Below are positions 38,530 through 48,588 of a DNA stretch of 64,000 nt, piece after piece; position 1 is the stretch's first letter, and each line of letters opens with the position of its first letter. The DNA comes from an uncultured Oscillospiraceae bacterium (GTDB lineage Bacteria > Bacillota > Clostridia > Oscillospirales > Oscillospiraceae). The position numbers and the translations under genes are program-made. The notes below the pieces were generated by a model. That model did no database searches, was not told the DNA's origin, and worked only from the letters and a program-made list of their open reading frames with translations. The stretch covers positions 23,556 through 87,555 of the forward strand of contig CALWYL010000001.1 of assembly GCA_944385765.1 (NCBI GenBank), written 5' to 3'.

Positions 38530-39129
38530 TCAAAAGCCCAGTTCCTCTCCCACCATGACCAGCTCTGTTTTCTCCGTGGAGAGCATGGGGGCGAGCAGTA
38601 TGCTCATCCCGCGGCAGATGCGCTCAGGGCTGCTGCAGTCATAGCAGCGCAGCTCCCCTTTCACGCAGGGAGTGTTCTTGTCAAAACTGCGGGCGCGGAG
38701 CGGCCCCGCCACGTTCCTGGCACGCCACACGGCCCTCTCCAGCGTGGGCTCCACCTTGTTCACGCCGGCCACTATGTAGAGGTATTTGTGCCCGTAGAGC
38801 GTGGAGGCCACGCGGTTGCCGTTCCCGTCGATGTTCACTATCTCACCGGTCTCGGCGATGCCGTTGGCACTGGTCACATAGGCCTCGCTGTGCGCGGCGC
38901 GTTCCCTGGCGCCGTCCGGCTCCTGCTTCCAGTGCCAGGCCACGTCCGGACACTCCGCGCACAGGCGGTCGTATATATCCAGGGTGTCCACGGTCTTGCT
39001 GCCGCCTATGCCCACGCTCCGCCCTGCGAGTTCGCCGACCATATAGTCCGCCGCCTCCCTGGCGGTGGCGAAATACTTGAACGAGAACCCCTTCGCCTCG
39101 GCGTTTTTTCTCAGCTTTTCAATATCCAT
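38530..39129 (-). CDS. LUD-domain (lactate-utilisation LutC-like) protein
   Basis: 199 aa, with GIGGSKTV and a C-terminal Cys cluster. AAGGAGG RBS is present. The family is assigned from memory. Confidence 0.6.
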   Translation of the reverse strand: MDIEKLRKNAEAKGFSFKYFATAREAADYMVGELAGRSVGIGGSKTVDTLDIYDRLCAECPDVAWHWKQEPDGARERAAHSEAYVTSANGIAETGEIVNIDGNGNRVASTLYGHKYLYIVAGVNKVEPTLERAVWRARNVAGPLRARSFDKNTPCVKGELRCYDCSSPERICRGMSILLAPMLSTEKTELVMVGEELGF

Positions 39130-39236
39130 TCATATCCTCCTTTTCTGCTGACAAACAGCATTCCCAATACGTACATGCCTGGGACAAAGCGGCACGCGGC
39201 TCCGCGGTCCCCCTGCTGGCGCTGCCGGCCTGTCGC

Positions 39237-40106
39237 TCAGCCCTCGCTCTCTATGCTCTCAAAGCCGTTGCCAAATACATCCCTCGCGTCGGTGACTATG
39301 AGGAAGGCGTGGACATCCACATTTTTGACTATCTTGCGCACCTGGGTTATCTGGGTCTTCTTTATCACGCAGAGGATGACGTTCTTGGCCCTGCCGGTGT
39401 AGGCGCCCTGACCCTGCAGGAGAGTCACTCCGCGGCCCAGCTGGCTGGTGATGGCGTTCTTCAGCTTGTCGCTCTCGTCGCTGATGATATAGCACACCTT
39501 GCTCGTGCCCATGCCGTAGAGCACCAGGTCAATTGCCTTAGAAACGACGAACATGGCTATCGTGGAGTACATCGCCGCCTCCAGCGAGTTGAATATCAGG
39601 GCGTAGGCGGCCAGGATGGCGACGTCCAGTATCAGCATCAGCGTGCCGAAGTTGAGATATGCGTACCTCAATCGCAGGAACTTGACCACTATATCCACTC
39701 CGCCGGTGGTCACGCCCGCCCGGTAGATTATGCCGAGGCCAGTGCCGTTGAGCACGCCGCCGAAGATGGTGCCCAGCAGCACGTTGTCCGTGGCCTCCCA
39801 GCCTATCAGCGCGAAGAGGTCTATGAACACGGACGAGGCCGCCATTCCGGTGAAGGAGCCGATGACGAACCCGATGCCGAAGCGCCGCCAGGCGGCGATG
39901 AAGAGCGGGATGTTCATGATGATGTTCATCACGCCCACGGGCAGGCCGGTGAGCATGTTTATCATCATGGCGATGCCCGTAAGTCCCCCGGCCAGCACGC
40001 CGTTGGGGTAGAAGAAGAACTGGAACCCCACGCCGTAAATTGCCGCGCCTATCAGTATCATCGCATACTCTCTGATGTATTCGTTGACGGTCTTTTTGGG
40101 AAGCAT
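39237..40106 (-). CDS. YitT family membrane protein (DUF2179 C-domain)
   Basis: 5 TM segments plus a C-terminal TLLQGQGAYTG...VIKKTQI...FLIVTD domain. Confidence 0.8.
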   Translation of the reverse strand: MLPKKTVNEYIREYAMILIGAAIYGVGFQFFFYPNGVLAGGLTGIAMMINMLTGLPVGVMNIIMNIPLFIAAWRRFGIGFVIGSFTGMAASSVFIDLFALIGWEATDNVLLGTIFGGVLNGTGLGIIYRAGVTTGGVDIVVKFLRLRYAYLNFGTLMLILDVAILAAYALIFNSLEAAMYSTIAMFVVSKAIDLVLYGMGTSKVCYIISDESDKLKNAITSQLGRGVTLLQGQGAYTGRAKNVILCVIKKTQITQVRKIVKNVDVHAFLIVTDARDVFGNGFESIESEG

Positions 40107-40109
40107 AGT

Positions 40110-42359
40110 TCAGCCCTCCAGAATTGACAACTGTTTTTCGCCCCTGTCCTCGTCTTTCAGCAGCGCGCCCGCGGCCGGCAGGCTTCTCACCCGGTATCGC
40201 GGGAGGTTCTTTATGCCCGTGGCGTGCAGCGGCCTCACATCTGACAATTTGTAGCGCGGTTTGAGCGTCATCACTCCCACGCCCTGCGTGCTGCGGGATG
40301 TCTTGGGGGCGAGCAGAGACGTATTGAATATGAGCGCCCTGCCCTCCGTGGAGAAGGCCGCCGCCTCCAGCTCCTCGCCCAGCAGCATCACACAGACCAG
40401 CGGGCTCTTGTCAGAGTAGGCGTTCACCAGTTTCCTGCGGTTGGTCTTGGTCTCGTACGCCGAGAGGGGCACGCGCGCGGCCTTGCCGTTTTCAAAGAAG
40501 AATATCAGCTGCCGGCTGTAGTCCTCCGGCGCCACCACCGCCTTCACCTGTTCTCCCTCATCCATGCCGAGGTGCGAGGGCAGATACACGCCCAGCACCG
40601 AGGCCTTGGAGTCCTCAAAGTCGGCTAACCTGGCCTTGTAGGCCTGCTGTCTGTCTGTAAAGACCAGTATCTCCGCCCTGTTGGTCGCCTCGAAGTCCAC
40701 CCCCGGCCCGTCGCCGTCTTTGTATTTCTGCTCGGCCGACATCCGCAGCGACTGCGGCGTTATCTTCTTGAGATAGCCCTCACGGGAGACGAACACGTGC
40801 ACGGGGTAGTCCTCCGCCCCGTCGTCCTCCTCCGGCTCCGGCAGCTCATCGGCGTACACTATGCCCGTGCGCCGCGGCTCGGCATACTGTTTTATGATAG
40901 CCTGCAGTTCCCGGATTATGAGGCCCTGCAGCCGTCGGCGGCTCTCCAGCGTGGCTTGCAGCTCGGCTATGGCCCTCTCCAGCTCCTCTATCTCCGCCGT
41001 GCGCTTCAGGATGTACTCGCGGTTGATGTTGCGCAGCTTTATCTCGGCCACATACTCGGCCTGGGTCTTGTCTATGCCGAAGCCCGCCATGAGGTTGGGT
41101 ATGACGTCGGCCTCCCGCTCCGTGTTCCGGATAATGGCGATGGCCTTGTCGATATCCAGCAGTATCTTCGCCAGGCCGCGCAGCAGGTGCAGCTTCTCCC
41201 GCTTGCGCTCCAGGTCGAAGAACACCCGCCGCTTGACACACTGGGTCCTCCAGGCGGTCCACTCGGAGAGTATCTCCCCCACGCCCATCACTCGCGGGTT
41301 CCCCTCGATGAGTATATTGAAGTTGCAGGCGAATGAGTCCATCAGCGGTGTGGAGCGGAAGAGCTTTGCCATCAGCTTCTCGGGTTCCGCGCCGCGCTTG
41401 AGGTCTATGGCCAGCTTCAATCCGCTCAGGTCGGTCTCGTCTCTCATATCCGAGATTTCCTTGACCTTGCCCGCCTTCACCAGCTCGGCGACCTTGTCCA
41501 TCACCGCCTCGGCCGTGGTCGTATAGGGCAGCTCATAGATTTCTATCACGTTCGCCTTCGCGTCATAGCGCCAGCGGGCCCGCACGCGGAAGCTGCCGCG
41601 GCCCGTGCGGTATATCTCCTCCATGGCGGCGGTGTCCATAATTATCTCGCCGCCTGTGGGGAAGTCCGGAGCCGGCAGTGTGGACATGATGTTGTGCTCC
41701 GGATCCCGCATGAGCTCTATCGCCGTCTCGCAGACCTCGGCCAGGTTGAAGCCGCATATCTGGCTGGCCATGCCCACGGCTATGCCCGTATTGGCAGAGA
41801 CGAGGACATTGGGAAATGCAGTGGGCAGCAGCACGGGTTCCTTCATGCTCCCGTCGTAGTTGTCCGCGAAGTCCACCGTGTCCTTGTCTATGTCCCGGAA
41901 CACCTCGGCGCAGATGGGCGCGAGCTTGGCCTCCGTATATCGGGAGGCCGCGCAGGCCATGTCCCGCGAATACACCTTGCCGAAATTGCCCTTGGAGTCC
42001 ACAAACGGCGTCAGCACAGCGCCGTAGCCCCTGGACAGGCGCACCATCGTGTCGTAAATGGCGGCGTCGCCGTGTGGGTTGAGCCTCATGGTCTGGCCCA
42101 CGATATTGGCCGACTTTGTGCGCGCGCCCGTGAGCAGGTTCATCTTGTACATCGTGTACAGCAGCTTGCGCTGCGACGGCTTGAAGCCGTCTATCTCCGG
42201 GATGGCCCTGGAGACTATCACGCTCATGGCATAGGGCATGTAGTTTGTCTCCAGCGTCTCAGTGATGGGCTGTTCCAATACCTCGGCCCGCAGTCCCATC
42301 ACATCCGCGCTGGCCCTGTTGTGCTGTGGGGTGCCTTTTTCCGTTTTTCTGCGCGCCAT
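40110..42359 (-). CDS. parC: type IIA topoisomerase subunit A (ParC-like)
   Basis: MPYAMSVIVSRAIPEIDGFKPSQRKLLY, and an AASRYTE active-site Tyr. No GyrA-box (QRRGGKG) was seen in the C-domain. Confidence 0.85.
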   Translation of the reverse strand: MARRKTEKGTPQHNRASADVMGLRAEVLEQPITETLETNYMPYAMSVIVSRAIPEIDGFKPSQRKLLYTMYKMNLLTGARTKSANIVGQTMRLNPHGDAAIYDTMVRLSRGYGAVLTPFVDSKGNFGKVYSRDMACAASRYTEAKLAPICAEVFRDIDKDTVDFADNYDGSMKEPVLLPTAFPNVLVSANTGIAVGMASQICGFNLAEVCETAIELMRDPEHNIMSTLPAPDFPTGGEIIMDTAAMEEIYRTGRGSFRVRARWRYDAKANVIEIYELPYTTTAEAVMDKVAELVKAGKVKEISDMRDETDLSGLKLAIDLKRGAEPEKLMAKLFRSTPLMDSFACNFNILIEGNPRVMGVGEILSEWTAWRTQCVKRRVFFDLERKREKLHLLRGLAKILLDIDKAIAIIRNTEREADVIPNLMAGFGIDKTQAEYVAEIKLRNINREYILKRTAEIEELERAIAELQATLESRRRLQGLIIRELQAIIKQYAEPRRTGIVYADELPEPEEDDGAEDYPVHVFVSREGYLKKITPQSLRMSAEQKYKDGDGPGVDFEATNRAEILVFTDRQQAYKARLADFEDSKASVLGVYLPSHLGMDEGEQVKAVVAPEDYSRQLIFFFENGKAARVPLSAYETKTNRRKLVNAYSDKSPLVCVMLLGEELEAAAFSTEGRALIFNTSLLAPKTSRSTQGVGVMTLKPRYKLSDVRPLHATGIKNLPRYRVRSLPAAGALLKDEDRGEKQLSILEG

Positions 42360-42650
42360 TTATCTTCTTCCGCCCTTGCCTTTTTTCTTCTTGCCGGTGA
42401 CCAGGTCCCTGTTGCAGCTGGGACAGACCTTCAGGCTGAACATCTTGCGTATCAGCAGCGCGCCGCACCAGGGGCAGCGCCCCCACTTGAGCACTATCGC
42501 CAGGGTGAAGAGCATTATCACCAGCGCCGCGTACGACATGTACATCGTCAGCTGCGGGTCTGAGCCGCCGCTCACTATGCCCAGAATACACACCATGGCT
42601 GTGAGGATCAGCCCCGCCATGGTCACCTTTTTCACAGTTTCAAATTTCAC
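42360..42650 (-). CDS. small membrane protein with C-terminal zinc ribbon and polybasic tail
   Basis: 96 aa. GTG start lies 7 nt after GAGGAGG. 2 TM segments, then CPWC...CPSC, then KKKKGKGGRR. It lies exactly between the parE stop and the parC start. Confidence 0.6.
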   Translation of the reverse strand: MKFETVKKVTMAGLILTAMVCILGIVSGGSDPQLTMYMSYAALVIMLFTLAIVLKWGRCPWCGALLIRKMFSLKVCPSCNRDLVTGKKKKGKGGRR

Positions 42651-42662
42651 GAGACCGCCTCC

Positions 42663-44651
42663 TCAGGATATGTCGGCCAAATCCAGGTACTGGCTGCCGA
42701 ATTCGGAAATATGCTGCTTGCGCCCCGAGAGGTTGTCGCCCAAAAGCAGGTCAAACATCTCCGCCGTCCTCTCGGCGTCCTCCGGCATCACCCGTATCAG
42801 CCGCCTGGTCTCGGGGTTCATGGTGGTGAGCCACATCATGTCCGGGTCATTCTCGCCCAGTCCCTTGGAGCGGTTTATCGTGGATCGTGCGCCGTTGAGG
42901 GAGGCGATTACCTCCGCCTTCTCCCTCTCGCTGTAGGCGAACCAGGTCTTGCCCCCGGACTGTATCTCATAGAGTGGCGACTCGGCTATATACACCAGCC
43001 CCTCGCGTATGAGCGTGGGGACCAGGCGGTAGAGCATGGTAAGTATGAGCGTCCTTATCTGGAAACCGTCCACGTCCGCGTCCGTGCAGATTATCACCTT
43101 GCACCAGCGCAGGCTGTCCAGGTCAAAGCCCGGCAGTTCCTTGGCGTGCTTTTGCACCTCCACGCCGCAGCCGAGCACTTTTATCAGGTCCGTTATTATC
43201 TCGTTTTTGAATATCCGCCCGTAATCCGCCTTCAGGCAGTTGAGTATCTTCCCGCGAACGGGCATGATGCCCTGGAATTCGGCGTCCCGGCTGAGCTTGC
43301 AGGCGCCCAGCGCGCTGTCGCCCTCCACGATGTATATCTCCCGCCTGCTGACGTCGCGGCTCCGGCAGTCCACAAATTTCTGCACCCGGTTCGAGATGTC
43401 CATGCTGCCAGTGAGCTTCTTCTTGATGGTCAGCCTGGCCTTCTCGGCCTGCTCGCGGCTGCGCTTGTTCACCAGCACCTGGTCGGCTATACGGTCGGCC
43501 TCCGCCTTGTGCTCGATGAAATACACCTCCAGCCGCTCGCGGAAGAACTCCGTCATGGCCTCCTGGATGAAGCGGTTGGTGATGGCCTTTTTTGTCTGGT
43601 TCTCATACGATGTCTGGGTGGAAAAACAGTTCGTCACCAGCACCAGGCAGTCCTGTACGTCCTGGAAGTTTATCTTAGACTCGTTCTTCTGGTATTTACC
43701 CGTCTTTTTAATGTAGGCGTCCAGCGCCGAGACGAAGGCGCTGCGCGTGGCCTTTTCCGGCGCGCCGCCGTGCTCCAGGAAGGAGCTGTTGTGGTAGTAC
43801 TCGATTACGCTCACGCGAGTGGAAAAACACAGCGCCGCCGAGAGCTTCACCTTATATTCCGGCTTGTCCGCCCTGTCGCGCCCCCGTTTTTCGGCGGAGA
43901 TGAGGACCGGCTCGCTGAGCCTGCCCTCCTCGCCGGCGAGTTCGCGCACGTAGTCGAGTATGCCGTTCTCATATACTATGTCCGTGGTCTCAAATTTTCC
44001 CGCCGCTATCTCGTTTCTCAGCCGGAAAGTCACCCCGGCGTTCACCACAGCCTGCCGCCTGAGAGTTTCCTTATAATACTCCAGGGGGATATCTATGTCG
44101 GTAAAGACCTCTATGTCCGGTCTCCAGCGTATGTCCGTGCCCGTCTTTTTGCGGTCCGCAGGCTCAACCTCCATCTCCCCTGCTATGCGGCCCTTTTTGA
44201 AGTGCAGAGTGTACTTTTTCCCGTCCCGGCGCACCACCACGTCCATATACTCGCTGGCATACTGCGTGGCGCAGGTGCCGAGGCCGTTCAGGCCCAGGGA
44301 GTACTCGTAGTCCCCGCCGTCGTTGTTGCGGTATTTGCCGCCCGCATAGAGCTCGCAGAACACGAGCTCCCAGTTATAGCGCTTTTCCGTGGGGTTCCAG
44401 TCGACAGGGCAGCCGCGTCCGAAGTCCTCGCATTCTATGCTCTTGTCGAGATAGCGCGTAAGTGTTATAATGTCCCCGTTTCCGGCCCTGGCCTCGTCGA
44501 TGGAGTTGGAGAGTATCTCGAACACCGCGTGCTCGCAGCCCTCCAGCCCGTCGGAGCCAAAGATGACCGCCGGCCTCTTCCTCACTCTGTCCTCGCCCTT
44601 GAGCTGAGAAATACTGTCATTGCCATAAGTTTCGGCCCTGTTTTTTGCCAT
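42663..44651 (-). CDS. parE: type IIA topoisomerase subunit B (ParE-like)
   Basis: GHKL ATPase N-terminus (LEGCEHAVFEILSNSIDE), Toprim EIYIVEGDSA, and ICTDADVDG. Confidence 0.9.
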   Translation of the reverse strand: MAKNRAETYGNDSISQLKGEDRVRKRPAVIFGSDGLEGCEHAVFEILSNSIDEARAGNGDIITLTRYLDKSIECEDFGRGCPVDWNPTEKRYNWELVFCELYAGGKYRNNDGGDYEYSLGLNGLGTCATQYASEYMDVVVRRDGKKYTLHFKKGRIAGEMEVEPADRKKTGTDIRWRPDIEVFTDIDIPLEYYKETLRRQAVVNAGVTFRLRNEIAAGKFETTDIVYENGILDYVRELAGEEGRLSEPVLISAEKRGRDRADKPEYKVKLSAALCFSTRVSVIEYYHNSSFLEHGGAPEKATRSAFVSALDAYIKKTGKYQKNESKINFQDVQDCLVLVTNCFSTQTSYENQTKKAITNRFIQEAMTEFFRERLEVYFIEHKAEADRIADQVLVNKRSREQAEKARLTIKKKLTGSMDISNRVQKFVDCRSRDVSRREIYIVEGDSALGACKLSRDAEFQGIMPVRGKILNCLKADYGRIFKNEIITDLIKVLGCGVEVQKHAKELPGFDLDSLRWCKVIICTDADVDGFQIRTLILTMLYRLVPTLIREGLVYIAESPLYEIQSGGKTWFAYSEREKAEVIASLNGARSTINRSKGLGENDPDMMWLTTMNPETRRLIRVMPEDAERTAEMFDLLLGDNLSGRKQHISEFGSQYLDLADIS

Positions 44652-44762
44652 ATCCGCCGTTTTCCCTCACACATCACTAGATATTGTAGCGCAAAGGCGC
44701 ACATTTTTACTTATATAGTATATCTTACAGAGGAAGAAAAAGCAAGCCCTATCGCCGCGCGC

Positions 44763-44807
44763 AAAAAAGCGGGAGAGTTTATGAGCCTTCCAGCTCCACT
44801 CTCCCGC
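44763..44807 (-). terminator. minus-facing terminator-like hairpin in the parE/yaaL spacer
   Basis: On the minus strand: GCGGGAGAGT, 19-nt loop, ACTCTCCCGC, then TTTTTTG. Confidence 0.4.
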
Positions 44808-44839
44808 CGCTCCGCTCGAGTTTACTGCGTCCGCAATAG

Positions 44840-44882
44840 ACCCGCGGAACTTGAGCTTGCAGGGCATCTCCGCGGGTTTTTT
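44840..44882 (+). terminator. plus-facing terminator-like hairpin in the parE/yaaL spacer
   Basis: ACCCGCGGA, 20-nt loop, TCCGCGGGT, then TTTTTAT. No plus-strand gene lies upstream. Confidence 0.4.
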
Positions 44883-45022
44883 ATCTTGCCGCTCGAGCGC
44901 CTCTCTTTAGCTCCGGGACTAGTATGCCGCTGCGTCCTGGATATATTACAAGCAAATTTTTGCAGTTATGGTTTAACCGCGCCGCTTTTGAATAGAATAT
45001 ATGGACAAGGAGTGTGAGTTCC

Positions 45023-45238
45023 ATGTCAAAACGTTCAAGAGAGGCGCGCGAGAGGAAAGCGGAAATAGCCAAGGCCGCGCAGGAGCTGGGCGAGGTACGC
45101 CGTTCGCTCAACGAGGCCTACAGGCAATTCAACACCGTGACCGACGACGTCACTATGGACGCCTGCATCTTCGAGATAAGCGCGCTCAAGAGCAAGTACA
45201 ACTGCGCCGTCCGCAATCTCAAATCGCTCTATCTGTAG
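45023..45238 (+). CDS. yaaL: YaaL/DUF2508 family protein
   Basis: 71-aa coiled-coil protein immediately upstream of bofA, as in B. subtilis. AAGGAG lies 10 nt upstream. Confidence 0.6.
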   Translation: MSKRSREARERKAEIAKAAQELGEVRRSLNEAYRQFNTVTDDVTMDACIFEISALKSKYNCAVRNLKSLYL

Positions 45239-45258
45239 CAAAGTATAGGAGGATATTC

Positions 45259-45522
45259 ATGGAAACACCCGCGACCATTGCGGTCATAGTCGTCTGCGCT
45301 CTCCTCATATGGCTGCTCGTGGCCATACTGAAGACGCCGATGAAGCTGTTGCTCAAGCTGTTCATAAACATGCTCTGCGGCTTCGTGATGCTCTTTGTGT
45401 TCAACTTCTTCGGCGGCTTCTTCGACCTGGCCCTGGGCATAAACGCCACGAACGCCATCGTGGCCGGCGTCCTGGGCATACCGGGCATAGTTCTGCTGCT
45501 GCTCTTGCAGACCTTCCTCTGA
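45259..45522 (+). CDS. bofA: pro-sigma-K processing inhibitor BofA
   Basis: 87 aa, 2 TM segments, NMLCGFVMLFVFNFFG...GINATNAIVAGVLGIPG. Confidence 0.8.
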   Translation: METPATIAVIVVCALLIWLLVAILKTPMKLLLKLFINMLCGFVMLFVFNFFGGFFDLALGINATNAIVAGVLGIPGIVLLLLLQTFL

Positions 45523-45586
45523 TACATAGCCAGCGAGCCCCCGGCCTGGCCGGGGGCTCGCCGCATTTACGGTCTGCGTTGGGCTT

Positions 45587-46429
45587 TTACTCCATGAGCA
45601 GGCTCTCGTTCAGCAGCCCGCCCAGCTCTGAATAGGGTATGGTGAAATACACCGGCCCCACCGCGTAGGCGGCTATCTCATAGGTAACGGCAAAGACCAC
45701 CAGCCCCTCATCGCTGAGGTACCACTGTTCCGTGTCCAGCACGCCGTCGGCAAAGAGCCCGACGTCGCCGCTTATCATGCCCTCCTCGAGCTCTGCCGCC
45801 TGGGCGGCCACGCTCTCGGCCACCTTGGCCCTGAGCGCGTCGATATCCGGCCCCAGGTCAGCCGCCGTGAGCAGCTGGCCCGTGGCGAGGTCAAACGTCA
45901 GGCCGAACTCGTCAGTGCTCCCGTGGGCGCCGCCGGTGAAGCTGTCCAGTGTGCAGCGCACGCTGAGCACACCCTCGCTGCGCGTGACCTCCGCCGAGTA
46001 GTGCTGGCTGTAGCCGCCCCAGAACTCGGTATCGCCTTCGCCCAGCGTGGCATACTGCTCCCTGGCCATCTCGGCGTACTCGTCTATGGTCTCCTGGGCA
46101 ACTGTCAGCCGCTCTGTGAGCGTCTGCTCTATTGCCTCCGCGGCCTCCCCGCCGGCGCTCCCGCCGTCTATGGTCACGGTCGGCACCAGGGACTCCGCCG
46201 TCATGTACGTCACCCCGTCCTCCTCCACCGTGCTGGTTTGGGACTCAAAAGTGACGGAGGCGCTCAGCGTGCCGCCCTGTTCCTCCTCTCCGGAGTTCCC
46301 GGGCGTGACCTCCGGCTCCCCGCCGGACTGCGGACTGGGGCTGGCCTTCTCCCCGCCGCTCTCGCCGCAGGCCGCCAGCGCAAAAACCATGCAAAACGCC
46401 ATAATGGCCGCAAGAATACGCTTCTTCAT
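45587..46429 (-). CDS. DUF3298/DUF4163 domain lipoprotein
   Basis: Lipobox FALAACG, ...FTGGAHGS...[19 protein letters not shown] is present. Confidence 0.7.
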   Translation of the reverse strand: MKKRILAAIMAFCMVFALAACGESGGEKASPSPQSGGEPEVTPGNSGEEEQGGTLSASVTFESQTSTVEEDGVTYMTAESLVPTVTIDGGSAGGEAAEAIEQTLTERLTVAQETIDEYAEMAREQYATLGEGDTEFWGGYSQHYSAEVTRSEGVLSVRCTLDSFTGGAHGSTDEFGLTFDLATGQLLTAADLGPDIDALRAKVAESVAAQAAELEEGMISGDVGLFADGVLDTEQWYLSDEGLVVFAVTYEIAAYAVGPVYFTIPYSELGGLLNESLLME

Positions 46430-46626
46430 TTCGATTACCTCCTTGGGACAGGAAAATGTGCTCACCGGGTCTCCCCGGTTGCGCATATGACGCGCCTCCC
46501 CGTACTTTGTTCCGGCTGTCGAAAAAAGTTCACATCTTCCGTTCGGCCCTATGTGACAATATCACAGACATACCGCCCGGCCGCTGGTATAATCGGCCCA
46601 TAAAACATAAACAGGAGGATATCACA

Positions 46627-46932
46627 ATGTCAGTCATAAACATCACAAAGGACACCTTTGCCTCTGAGGTGCAGAACAGCGACAAGCCCGTGCTCATAGA
46701 CTTCTGGGCCAGCTGGTGCGGCCCCTGCCGCATGGTCTCCCCCGTAGTGGACGAGATTGCCCGCGAGCGTGAAGACATCAAAGTCTGCAAGATAAACGTG
46801 GACGAGCAGCCCGAGCTGGCCAGCGCTTTCGGCGTCATGAGCATCCCCACCCTGGTGGTGATGAAGGGCGGCAAGGTCACGAACCACGCCGTGGGCGCCA
46901 TGCCCAAGCAGCGCATCCTGGCCCTGCTCTGA
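46627..46932 (+). CDS. trxA: thioredoxin
   Basis: 101 aa, with [12 protein letters not shown]. Confidence 0.9.
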   Translation: MSVINITKDTFASEVQNSDKPVLIDFWASWCGPCRMVSPVVDEIAREREDIKVCKINVDEQPELASAFGVMSIPTLVVMKGGKVTNHAVGAMPKQRILALL

Positions 46933-46947
46933 GCACGCGCGGGGCGC

Positions 46948-47613
46948 TCATTCGCTCAAGGCGTATAGGCGTTCCCTGTCCGTCAGCACCACGGCGCCGC
47001 GGCCGAGCTTCACCAGGCCCTCGCTCTGGAAATAGCGCAGCAGGCGCGTAATCACTTCGCGCGCACTGCCCAGGTGGTTGGCAATGCGCTCGTGAGTCAG
47101 TTTGAGCTCATCGGAGCCCTCCAGCGCCGCCTCCTCCAGCAAAAAAGCCGCCAGCCGCCGGTCCATGCTCTTCCACATCACCTGCTCCATCAGCCACATG
47201 ACGTCTGAGAGCCGCTCGGCCATCACTCGGCTGGTATAATTGGCCAGCGGCGCGCTGGAGTTCACCGCCCGCTTATATGCGTCAGGAGGTATCAACATAA
47301 ATTCAGTGGGCTTTTCCGCCTGCACCGCCAGCTCAAACTGCATGCTGCTTATCACACAGGAGGCGGAGAGCAGGCATATGTCGCCGGGAAACAGCCGGTA
47401 AATGGTTATCTCCCGCCCCTCCTCCGAGGTGATAAACGCCCTCAGCTGTCCGGAGAGCACGAGCAGCAGGCCGGTACACTCCGCCCCTCCGCCGTGTATC
47501 ATCGCCCCTGCCCCGGCGCTCCGGTGCGCGGCCGCTTCCGCGAGGGCGCGCCGCTCCAGCTCCCCCAGCTCTCCCCATACGGGGAAGAATTCCTCTATGC
47601 CCAATACGCACAC
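46948..47613 (-). CDS. Crp/Fnr family transcriptional regulator
   Basis: cNMP-binding fold plus a C-terminal HTH (THERIANHLGSAREVITRLL). The start is uncertain (GTG). Confidence 0.8.
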   Translation of the reverse strand: MCVLGIEEFFPVWGELGELERRALAEAAAHRSAGAGAMIHGGGAECTGLLLVLSGQLRAFITSEEGREITIYRLFPGDICLLSASCVISSMQFELAVQAEKPTEFMLIPPDAYKRAVNSSAPLANYTSRVMAERLSDVMWLMEQVMWKSMDRRLAAFLLEEAALEGSDELKLTHERIANHLGSAREVITRLLRYFQSEGLVKLGRGAVVLTDRERLYALSE

Positions 47614-47619
47614 CTCTCA

Positions 47620-48492
47620 TCAGAATATGCCGGGTATCACCCGCGCCACTACCAGCCCAAAGGCGAAGGACAGGGCATTCGCGGCCACGGAATAGAGCGC
47701 GGCCCTGCCCTTTCCCCCTTTGCCCCCGCTCCTCTGCGGCAGTAAGCACACGTACAGCGCCGCTTCGAGGGCTGTCACCGCCAGTTCCAGCAGCACATAG
47801 GCAAATACGAAGTTCCAGCTGCCGGAAAAATACGCCACCGCGTTGAGCGCCAGGTTCAGGGCAGTCTGCGTTATGGCGTTGACCACAAATATCAGCCGGA
47901 AAGCGGCCCGCCCGCCGTACCCGAAGGCCGCCGCCAGGGCCAGCTCCACCGCCAGTGTCAGCAGCAGCCTGGCGCACAGGGAAACCAGCTCCCATGTGTA
48001 GTCATAGCTTCTGACCGCGCTAAGCGTCCCGGAGTCGGAGGAACCCAGGTCGGCTGTGTAATAGCTGTCAAATGCGTAGCGGCTGTATACCGGGCTGAGG
48101 CGAAAACTTCCGCTCTGCGGAAAATAGAGCAGCAGTTTGAACGTCTCCGGCGGATAATATATCCACTCCAGCCGCTCTCCGCCGGAGCAGTCCCAGAACT
48201 CCTGCAGGAAGTAGAAGCCGTCCGCGTCCTCATAGTGCGCGAAGGCCTCCCAGGCCTCCCGCGCCTCCGGCTCGTCTGAGTATATCCTCACATCCCCCTC
48301 CGTGCCGTCCCAGGCGCTGGCCGGGCCGGTGGACGGCGTTGACGAGAGCAGCGTGGCGTAGAACTCCAGCCCCTCCGCGTTTGCAAACTCCACATACACG
48401 GCGGGTTTGGGGCCGATGTCGGCCAGCGCCGGCGTGGCGCACGCGGCGAACAGCACAACGCACACCAGAAGCAGCGCGGCAAATCGTCTCAT
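47620..48492 (-). CDS. hypothetical secreted/membrane protein
   Basis: Signal peptide, a soluble domain of about 170 aa, then 4 TM segments. GGGAGG RBS is present. It ends 7 nt upstream of the crp/fnr gene. Confidence 0.5.
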   Translation of the reverse strand: MRRFAALLLVCVVLFAACATPALADIGPKPAVYVEFANAEGLEFYATLLSSTPSTGPASAWDGTEGDVRIYSDEPEAREAWEAFAHYEDADGFYFLQEFWDCSGGERLEWIYYPPETFKLLLYFPQSGSFRLSPVYSRYAFDSYYTADLGSSDSGTLSAVRSYDYTWELVSLCARLLLTLAVELALAAAFGYGGRAAFRLIFVVNAITQTALNLALNAVAYFSGSWNFVFAYVLLELAVTALEAALYVCLLPQRSGGKGGKGRAALYSVAANALSFAFGLVVARVIPGIF

Positions 48493-48588
48493 TTCCCCAC
48501 CTCCCATTTTTCTACATGATAACACATTTGTTCCGCCGCCTCAATGCCCATTGGGGCGGCAGCAAAAGCTTGACTGGAGGACGATGAT

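Noticed and set aside
42711-45017. A 768-aa plus-strand ORF.
   Set aside because: It is antisense to parE and runs through the intergenic spacer. It has no recognisable domains.
44652-45022. SRP (scRNA) or another housekeeping RNA, expected because B. subtilis has scr upstream of the dnaX-recR-yaaL-bofA region.
   Set aside because: I could not find the conserved SRP domain IV motif (GGAAGCAGCC / AGGUCAGGUCCGGAAGG) or any tRNA-like T-loop on either strand. Only generic hairpins are present.
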